From assembly GCA_016234845.1 (NCBI GenBank), contig JACRNP010000090.1, forward strand, positions 3,434 through 67,433: a DNA stretch of 64,000 nt, read 5' to 3'. Source of the stretch: Deltaproteobacteria bacterium (GTDB taxonomy: Bacteria > Desulfobacterota > Deferrimicrobia > Deferrimicrobiales > Deferrimicrobiaceae). The translations under genes were made by a program, and so were the position numbers. The notes beneath the pieces are model-generated. The model worked only from the letters and a program-made list of their open reading frames with translations. It was not told the origin of the DNA and did not search any database. Shown here in pieces: positions 57,652 through 64,000 of the stretch; within the stretch, counting starts at the first letter, position 1, and each line of letters begins with the position of its first letter.

Positions 57652-58242
57652 CTACCCTTTCCTGTGCCCGCCCAAGGCTTCCTTTAGCTTCCCGCGGGCG
57701 TAATGGAGACGGGACATCACCGTCCCTACCGAACACCCCATGGACTCCGCGATCTCCTCGTACGCCATCCCGTCCACTTCCCGGAGGAGGATGACCGCCC
57801 GGTGGTACTCCGGGAGGGCCGCGATGGCCCTCTGCAGCGCCTCTCCCAGCTCCCGGTTCTGGGCGAGCTCCTCGGGAGTCCTCGGGTACGCGAACGAATC
57901 GGGAGGCGACGCATCCTCCGAAAGCCAATTCTCCTCGAGCGGCACCTCCGCCGACCGGGCGGACTTCCTCCAACGGTCGATCGCCTGGTTCACGAGGAGG
58001 CGGTAGAACCAGGTGTAGAAGTTCGATCCGAACCGGAACTCCTTCAACTTGTAGAACGCCTTTACGAACGACTCCTGCACCACGTCCAGCGCGTCGTCCC
58101 CGTCGCCGACGATCCCCACCGCGACGCCGAACGCCCTTCCCTTGTACCGCTCCATGAGCGCCCGGAACGCCTCCTCGTCGCCGCCGAGGGTCGCGCGGAT
58201 CAACGCCTCGTCCGGGATGCCCGCCTTCGCCCCCTCGTTCAT
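57652..58242 (-). CDS. ECF-family RNA polymerase sigma-70 factor.
   Basis: Sigma70 region 2 (FYTWFYRLLVNQAIDRWR) and region 4 (AVILLREVDGMAYEEIAESMGCSVGTVMSRLHYAR); 196 aa. Confidence 0.85.
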   Translation of the reverse strand: MNEGAKAGIPDEALIRATLGGDEEAFRALMERYKGRAFGVAVGIVGDGDDALDVVQESFVKAFYKLKEFRFGSNFYTWFYRLLVNQAIDRWRKSARSAEVPLEENWLSEDASPPDSFAYPRTPEELAQNRELGEALQRAIAALPEYHRAVILLREVDGMAYEEIAESMGCSVGTVMSRLHYARGKLKEALGGHRKG

Positions 58243-58288
58243 AGGACGGAGCGCTCCCCCCGACTATTCACGCGCCGAACCCGGATTC

Positions 58289-60856
58289 TCAGTGGATTTC
58301 CCCCCAGTTCCTTCCGCGGCTCATGGAGACGGTCACCGGAACGGCCAGCCTGGCGGCCCCCTCCATCGCCCCCTGGAGGATGCGCTCCGCGTCCGCCGCC
58401 TCCCGCCCGGGCGCCTCCACGATCAGTTCGTCGTGCACCTGGAGGATCAGCCGGGCGTCCATCCCCGCCTCCCGGAACTCCCGGTCCACGCGGATCATGG
58501 CGATCTTGATGAGGTCGGCCGCGCTTCCCTGGATCGGCGAGTTGACCGCCACCCGTTCCGCCGCCTCCCGGAGGACCCTGTTCCCGGAATCGATGTCCCG
58601 GATGTACCTCCGCCTCCCCAGGATGGTCGAAACATACCCCTTGTTTCGGGCCGTTGCCTTCACATCCGCAATGTAGTCCCTGACCCCGGGGTACCGGTCG
58701 AAATACTGGTCGATGTACGCCTTCGCCTCCTTCCCGCCGATCCCCAGCTCGCGGGAAAGGCCGAAAGGGCTCATTCCGTACACGATGCCGAAGTTGATCG
58801 TCTTCGCCCGCTGGCGAAGCTCCGGGCCCACCTCGGACGGGGCCAACCCGAACACCGCCGCGGCGGTCGCCGTGTGGATGTCGTCGCCGTCCCGGAAGCG
58901 GCGGATCAGCTCCGCGTCGCCGGACAAGTGCGCCAGCAGGCGGAGCTCCACCTGCGAGTAGTCCGCCCCGATCAGCAGGTTCCCCGGGTCCGCCACGAAT
59001 CCGGCGCGGATCCGCCTCCCCAGCTCCGTCCGGATGGGGATGTTCTGGAGGTTGGGGTCCGAGGAGGAGAGCCGCCCCGTGGCGGCCTGCGTCTGGTGGA
59101 ACGTCGTGTGGATCCTCCCGTCCGCCGGGTCGACCATCCCGGGGAGGACGTCCACGTAGGTGGAACGGATCTTCGCGAAGGTCCGGTACGAGAGCACGAG
59201 CGCCGGGATCTCGTGCCGGTCCTTCAACGCCTCCAGCACCTCGACGTCCGTCGAGAACCCGGTCTTGGTCCTCTTGACGGGGGGAAGCGAGAGCTTCTCG
59301 AACAGGAGGAACGCGAGCTGCTTCGGCGAATTGATGTTGAACTCCGGTCCCGCGGCGGTTGCCACCTTCCGCTCGATCGCGCCGATCTCCGCGGCAAGCT
59401 CCGCGGACAACGCGCGGAACACCGCGGGGTCGATCCGGATCCCCCGCTCCTCCATCCGGTGAAGAACCGGGAGCAGCGGCATGTCGACCTCGCGGAAAAC
59501 CTCATCGAGCCCCGCCTCGGAGAGCCTTCCCCCGAGCGCTTCCCCCAGCGCGAGGATCGCCGCCGCGCGGTCGGCGGCGCGCCCCTCGGCCGAATCGTCT
59601 TCCGCGGCCGACAGGGACGACGGAAGGTAGCGGGCGCGCAGCTTCGGAAACGTCGGCGTCCCCTCGTCCGGCTCGAGGAGGTACCCTGCCACCACGACGT
59701 CGAACAGGCGCAGATCCTCCTTCCCCGCGGCTCCCCTGCGGTAGAGCGACTTCCCGTCCGCGACGTACACCGTGATCCCGCGGGCGCAAAGCGCGCGCGC
59801 CGCGGCGGCGGCCTCGCCCGACGGCAGGACGAACACGCCGTCCCCGGGGATGGCGATCCCGGCGCGCGTCTCCCGCTCCCCGTCGAACGCCAGCCCCGCC
59901 GCGGACGGCCTTTCTCCGCGCATCGCCGCCGGGAGCGCCTCCGCCGCACCCACGTACTTCCACGCCGCGCCCCCGGCGACCCGCGATTCGCCCGGCGAGG
60001 GGGCGTCGCCCGGCAGGTCCAGCTCCGCGAGGAGCTTGCGGAAGCCGAGGCGGCGGAACAGGGGCGCGATCCGCGACGCGTCGATCCCCCCGGGAGCCAG
60101 GTCGGAGATCTTTTCCCGGACCGGGACCTCCCGGTCGATCGTGACGAGGCGCAGGCACATCCGCGCGACGTCGGCGTTCTTCTCGATCTTCTCCCGCCGG
60201 CTTCCTTTCAGTTGCTCCGTACCGGCGAGCACCGCGTCGAGCGAGCCGAAACGGCGGATGAGCTCCCCCGCCGTCTTCTCCCCGATCCCCGGAACGCCGG
60301 GGACGTTGTCGGACGGGTCGCCCGACAGCGCGAGCAGCTCCGCCACCTTTCCCGGCGGCACCCCGAACGTCGCGACGACCTGCTCCTCCCCCACCGTGTG
60401 CTCCCTGAGCCCGTCCCGCACCTTCACCCGCCCGGAGACCAGCTGGTACAGATCCTTGTCGGAGGAGACGATCACCACGTCCATCCCCCTCTCCTCCGCG
60501 GCGCGGGAGAGGGTCCCGATGACGTCGTCCGCCTCCACGCCGGGAACCGTGATCCGCCGGACTCCCAGCGCGTCGATCATCTCGTTCACGAGAGGGATCT
60601 GGGCCGCCAGCTCCTCGGGGGCCTTCAGGCGATTCGCCTTGTATTCGGGATAGAGCTCGTGACGCGGCGTCGGTTCCCGCGAGTCGAACACCGCGGCGAC
60701 GGCGTCGGGCTTCTCCTGCCGGAGGATCTTGAGGACGATCCGGGCGACGCCCAGGACCGCGTTGGTCGGCGTCCCGTCGGGGGCCGAGAGCCGCGGAACG
60801 CCGTAGAAGGTCCTGTAGAGGACGTTATGCCCGTCGATCAGAAAGAGGGAGGCCAT
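58289..60856 (-). CDS. polA: DNA polymerase I.
   Basis: 5'-3' exonuclease domain (LIDGHNVLYRTFY), polymerase motifs A (DYSQVELR), B (RRRAKTINFGIVYG) and C (QVHDE); start at MASLFLIDG. Confidence 0.9.
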   Translation of the reverse strand: MASLFLIDGHNVLYRTFYGVPRLSAPDGTPTNAVLGVARIVLKILRQEKPDAVAAVFDSREPTPRHELYPEYKANRLKAPEELAAQIPLVNEMIDALGVRRITVPGVEADDVIGTLSRAAEERGMDVVIVSSDKDLYQLVSGRVKVRDGLREHTVGEEQVVATFGVPPGKVAELLALSGDPSDNVPGVPGIGEKTAGELIRRFGSLDAVLAGTEQLKGSRREKIEKNADVARMCLRLVTIDREVPVREKISDLAPGGIDASRIAPLFRRLGFRKLLAELDLPGDAPSPGESRVAGGAAWKYVGAAEALPAAMRGERPSAAGLAFDGERETRAGIAIPGDGVFVLPSGEAAAAARALCARGITVYVADGKSLYRRGAAGKEDLRLFDVVVAGYLLEPDEGTPTFPKLRARYLPSSLSAAEDDSAEGRAADRAAAILALGEALGGRLSEAGLDEVFREVDMPLLPVLHRMEERGIRIDPAVFRALSAELAAEIGAIERKVATAAGPEFNINSPKQLAFLLFEKLSLPPVKRTKTGFSTDVEVLEALKDRHEIPALVLSYRTFAKIRSTYVDVLPGMVDPADGRIHTTFHQTQAATGRLSSSDPNLQNIPIRTELGRRIRAGFVADPGNLLIGADYSQVELRLLAHLSGDAELIRRFRDGDDIHTATAAAVFGLAPSEVGPELRQRAKTINFGIVYGMSPFGLSRELGIGGKEAKAYIDQYFDRYPGVRDYIADVKATARNKGYVSTILGRRRYIRDIDSGNRVLREAAERVAVNSPIQGSAADLIKIAMIRVDREFREAGMDARLILQVHDELIVEAPGREAADAERILQGAMEGAARLAVPVTVSMSRGRNWGEIH

Positions 60857-61310
60857 CGGACGCCTGCCGGTGCTCCACCACCAGCGTCTCGGCGAAGGTG
60901 TCCCCCGCCCGCTGTCCATCCGGGTCGTAGAACCCGAGATACGTCTCCACGAGCAGGACCGCGAACCCGATGGTGTAGGCGAGGAAGGGGCCGATCACCG
61001 GGACGAGATGGAGGACGAACGGCGCCGACACCGTGAGGTTGCGCATCAGGGACGAGGGGAAGTCCATCCCCTCCCGGTCGATCCGCACCACCTTCAGCCC
61101 CGTGAGCCACTTCCCCGGGCTGCGCCCCCCCGGGAACCCGTCGCACATGAGGATGTAGAACAGGGAAGCGAACACCCCGGCGGCGCCGGGGATGTGCCAC
61201 AGCGACATCGCGACGATCAGGTCCGCGGACTTCCCCACGACCCTCGCGAGGTACCGCGCGCGCCGGGCGTCCTTGAAGAACTCCCGCTGCTCCTCCCAGC
61301 GCACCGGCAC
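60825..61310 (-). CDS. RDD-family membrane protein.
   Basis: RDD motif context and three hydrophobic helices; GTG start. Confidence 0.6.
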   Translation of the reverse strand: MPVRWEEQREFFKDARRARYLARVVGKSADLIVAMSLWHIPGAAGVFASLFYILMCDGFPGGRSPGKWLTGLKVVRIDREGMDFPSSLMRNLTVSAPFVLHLVPVIGPFLAYTIGFAVLLVETYLGFYDPDGQRAGDTFAETLVVEHRQASDGLPLSDRRA

Positions 61311-61313
61311 CGG

Positions 61314-61520
61314 TCAGCCTCCCCGCGTCGTTTCGCCGGACGTGAAGAAGAGGAACGCCATCGTGGGTCGACGGCTGCCGGGCTGCGAGACGAAGTGGAT
61401 CGACTCGAACCGGAACCCCTCCGCCGTCACGCGGTTCAGCGCCTCCTCGATCGTCCGGTCGGAGACGTCCGGCAGCTCGACGACGCGGTACGGAACCGAT
61501 TCGGGCGGGAGCAAAGACAC
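61314..61520 (-). CDS. Small DUF4177-like protein of about 68 aa.
   Basis: YRVVELPDVSDRTIEEALNRVTAEGFRFESIHFV resembles the DUF4177 pattern. GTG start 8 nt after the hemB stop. Low confidence. Confidence 0.4.
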   Translation of the reverse strand: MSLLPPESVPYRVVELPDVSDRTIEEALNRVTAEGFRFESIHFVSQPGSRRPTMAFLFFTSGETTRGG

Positions 61521-61525
61521 CGCCG

Positions 61526-62500
61526 TCAGCCCGCGAGGATCCGCGCCGCTTCCTTCGCGGCGTAGGTAAGGACGAGGTCCGCCCCGGCGCGCTTGATCGA
61601 GACGAGGATCTCCATCATCACGCGGTCGCCGTCGATCCACCCGAGCTTCGCGCCGGCCTTCACCATCGAATACTCGCCGCTCACGTTGTACGCGGCGACG
61701 GGAAGGTCGAACGACTGCCGGACGCGGCAGATCACGTCGAGGTACGCGAGGGCGGGCTTCACCATCACGATGTCGGCCCCCTCCCGCACGTCGAGGGCGA
61801 CCTCCCGGAGCGCCTCCCGGACGTTGGGCGGGTCCATCTGGTAGGAGCGGCGGTCCCCGAAGCTCGGGGCGCTCTCCGCCGCGTCCCGGAACGGCCCGTA
61901 GAATCCGCCCGCGTACTTGGCGGCGTACGACAGGATCGGCACCTGGGAGAATCCCTCCCGGTCCAGCCCCCGGCGGATCGCCCCGACGCGCCCGTCCATC
62001 ATGTCGGAGGGGGCGACGATGTCGGCGCCGGCGCGGGCGTGGGACACCGCGCTCCGGGCCAGGATCTCCAGCGTGGCGTCGTTGTCCACGTCGCCGCCTT
62101 TCAGGATCCCGCAGTGGCCGTGGTCGGTGTATTCGCAGAAACAGACGTCGGTGATCACCATCAGGTCCGGAACGGCGTCCTTGAGCGCGCGGACCGCCGT
62201 CTGGACGATCCCGCGGTCGGAGTAGGCGTCCTTCCCCAGCGGATCCTTCTTCGCGGGGATGCCGAAGAGCAGGACGGCGGGAATGCCGAGCGCGTGGACC
62301 TCCCTCGCCTCCGCCACGAGGTTCTCCACGGAGAAGTTGAACACCCCCGGCATCGAGGGGACCTCCCGGCGGATGTTCTTCCCCGCGGCGACGAAGAGCG
62401 GGTAGATCAGGTCGTCGACGGACAGCTTCGTCTCGCGTACCATCCGCCGCAACGTCTCGTTCCGCCGAAGGCGACGTGGCCGGTATTCCGGGTACTGCAT
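61526..62500 (-). CDS. hemB: Porphobilinogen synthase (delta-aminolevulinate dehydratase).
   Basis: Zn-binding [14 protein letters not shown], Schiff-base lysine region [11 protein letters not shown]; 324 aa. Confidence 0.9.
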   Translation of the reverse strand: MQYPEYRPRRLRRNETLRRMVRETKLSVDDLIYPLFVAAGKNIRREVPSMPGVFNFSVENLVAEAREVHALGIPAVLLFGIPAKKDPLGKDAYSDRGIVQTAVRALKDAVPDLMVITDVCFCEYTDHGHCGILKGGDVDNDATLEILARSAVSHARAGADIVAPSDMMDGRVGAIRRGLDREGFSQVPILSYAAKYAGGFYGPFRDAAESAPSFGDRRSYQMDPPNVREALREVALDVREGADIVMVKPALAYLDVICRVRQSFDLPVAAYNVSGEYSMVKAGAKLGWIDGDRVMMEILVSIKRAGADLVLTYAAKEAARILAG

Positions 62501-62559
62501 CGCTTCCCTCCTGTCCCGCGTTTCCCCGGCGCGGCCGGCCGCGCCCCCGCCCGTTCCGT

Positions 62560-63348
62560 TCAGGGAACGCGGCCTTCCGGATGGGCGGCGAGGAACGCAA
62601 CGACGGCGTCCACCATCCCCCTCAGCGTATACGTTTCAGGCACGATGTCCACCCGGAAATCCCGCCGCGCCACGGCCCTCGCGGTCACCTCGCCGATCAC
62701 CGCGATGACGCTTTTCCCGAGCATTTCCCGGGCCGTTTCCTCCCCCAGCAGAAGGAACAGGTTGCGGAAGGCGGATGGAGAGGCGAACGTGCAGACGTCC
62801 GGGGGGAACGCCGCGATCTCCTGCGCGACGTCGTCGTCCTTTTCCGCCAGGCCGTTCCGGTAGGCGACCACCGGGACGACCTCGCCGCCCTCCCGGGCGA
62901 TCGCCTCGGGCAGGATCTCCCTCCCTTCCTCCGCACGGGGGAGCAGGAACCGCCTCCCCGCGACCCCCGAGGGCAGAAGCTCCTCGAACAGCCCTTCCCC
63001 GGTGTGCCTCGACGCGGTGAGCTGCGCCCGGATTCCGCGCGCCGCGAGCTCGCGGGTGGTCCCCGGCCCGACGCTGGCCGCCCGGACGCTCGCCGGCCAG
63101 GCGGATAATCCCAGGCGCGCCGTCCGTTCGCAGAAGAAGCGCGCCGCGTTGGCGCTGGTGAAGAGGATCCAGTCGAACGAGGAGAGCCGCCCGATCTCGC
63201 GGTCCAGCGGGCCGCAGTCGTCGGGGGGCACCAGGCGGATCGTGGGGAAGAGGACCGGCGTTCCGCCGGCGCGGCGGACGAGGGCGGCGAGCTCCCCCGC
63301 CTGCTCCACGCTGCGCGTGATGAGGATCCGTTTTCCCGAAATCGTCAT
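62560..63348 (-). CDS. hemD: Uroporphyrinogen-III synthase.
   Basis: HemD fold ([14 protein letters not shown]...[12 protein letters not shown]...[10 protein letters not shown]); start at MTISGKRIL. Confidence 0.75.
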   Translation of the reverse strand: MTISGKRILITRSVEQAGELAALVRRAGGTPVLFPTIRLVPPDDCGPLDREIGRLSSFDWILFTSANAARFFCERTARLGLSAWPASVRAASVGPGTTRELAARGIRAQLTASRHTGEGLFEELLPSGVAGRRFLLPRAEEGREILPEAIAREGGEVVPVVAYRNGLAEKDDDVAQEIAAFPPDVCTFASPSAFRNLFLLLGEETAREMLGKSVIAVIGEVTARAVARRDFRVDIVPETYTLRGMVDAVVAFLAAHPEGRVP

Positions 63349-63352
63349 CCCG

Positions 63353-64000
63353 TCATCCGCCGCTCTGCCGGTACACCTCGTCCAGGATTTCCTTCCCGCC
63401 CCGCGAGAGGAGCTCTTCGGCCAGCGCCGCACCCAGGCCCTCCGCGTCGGAAACGGGACCGCTTCGCCCGGCGCGGAGGATCTCCGACCCGTCCGGGCGT
63501 CCGACGAGCCCGACGAGGCGGACCTCGTTCCCCTCGACCCGGCCGAACGCGGCGATCGGAACCTGGCAACCTCCCTCCAGCCGCTTCAGGAATCCCCGCT
63601 CCGCCCGCACGGCGATCGACGTCTCCCGGTCGTCGAGGAACGAGACCGCCTCCCGCGTCCCCGCGTCCCCGGAGCGGATCTCGATCCCCAGCGCCCCCTG
63701 CCCGATCGCCGGGATCGACATCTCCGCCGGGAGGTACTGGCGGATCTTCCCTTCCCACCCCAGCCGCCGAAGCCCCGCCGCCGCCAGGATGATCGCGTCG
63801 TACTGACCCTCCTCCATCTTCCGGATGCGGGTGTCGAGGTTTCCGCGCAGCTGCCCGACCGAGAGGTCCGGGCGGATCCCGAGGAGCTGCGTCTGCCGCC
63901 GCAGGGAGCTCGTTCCCACCTTCGCCCCCTTCGGAAGATCCTCGAACCGGGAATATTTCACCGACAGGAACGCGTCGCGCGGGTCCTCCCGCTTCGTGAT
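63353..64000 (-). CDS. hemC: Hydroxymethylbilane synthase (porphobilinogen deaminase), partial; the 5' end lies beyond the window end.
   Basis: REDPRDAF...KVGTSSLRRQTQL...GGCQVPIA with the cofactor-binding Cys. The ORF is open to position 64000. Confidence 0.85.
   Translation of the reverse strand: MTKREDPRDAFLSVKYSRFEDLPKGAKVGTSSLRRQTQLLGIRPDLSVGQLRGNLDTRIRKMEEGQYDAIILAAAGLRRLGWEGKIRQYLPAEMSIPAIGQGALGIEIRSGDAGTREAVSFLDDRETSIAVRAERGFLKRLEGGCQVPIAAFGRVEGNEVRLVGLVGRPDGSEILRAGRSGPVSDAEGLGAALAEELLSRGGKEILDEVYRQSGG

Noticed and set aside
1-64000. Search for CRISPR arrays, rRNA genes, insertion sequences and integrase/transposase genes.
   Set aside because: No regularly spaced direct repeats, no rRNA-like segments and no transposase ORFs were seen. 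xerC is the chromosomal dimer-resolution recombinase in its conserved position next to hslVU, not a mobile-element integrase.

Overview
This is a ~70% GC bacterial chromosomal segment. Gene content and order suggest a Geobacter-like member of the Desulfuromonadota: pilB-pilT-pilC-pilS, xerC-hslVU-argBDFGH-lysA-dapFAB, hemCDB and selA. That placement is inference from gene order only. Most of the window is conserved housekeeping. One uninterrupted minus-strand block of about 26 kb (8.5-34.9 kb) carries folK, a fumarylacetoacetate-hydrolase-family enzyme, dapBAF, lysA, argHGFDB, hslUV, xerC, a GGDEF cyclase, trmFO, the pilus genes, aroE, an HNH endonuclease, selA and a GntR regulator, many joined by overlapping stop/start codons. 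Other genes include glcDF, a fused membrane heme-b/HdrD-like Fe-S oxidoreductase, a radical-SAM protein upstream of rng, tRNA-Thr(CGU), ybaK, msrB, a hemerythrin, cysC, cysK, ubiE, polA and an ECF sigma/anti-sigma pair. The best candidates for undescribed systems are:
- a two-gene operon in which an archaeal-type AAA ATPase is fused to an RsbW/SpoIIAB-type anti-sigma kinase domain and overlaps a STAS antagonist gene (35.9-38.6 kb);
- an XRE-HTH protein fused to a probably inactive ADP-ribosylglycohydrolase domain (5.3-6.9 kb);
- a cluster of an APH-like kinase, a CysC-like kinase, a macro domain protein and an apparently frameshifted CCA-type nucleotidyltransferase (47.2-50.7 kb);
- a tRNA-Thr locus with inverted and direct copies of the tRNA 3' end next to a short low-GC segment carrying an orphan ORF (42.7-43.6 kb);
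- two secreted Trp-repeat proteins.
Feature coordinates follow the ORF track where possible. Positions I derived by counting sequence lines can be off by 1-2 nt. Most long ORFs in the track are low-complexity high-GC artefacts lying opposite real genes.
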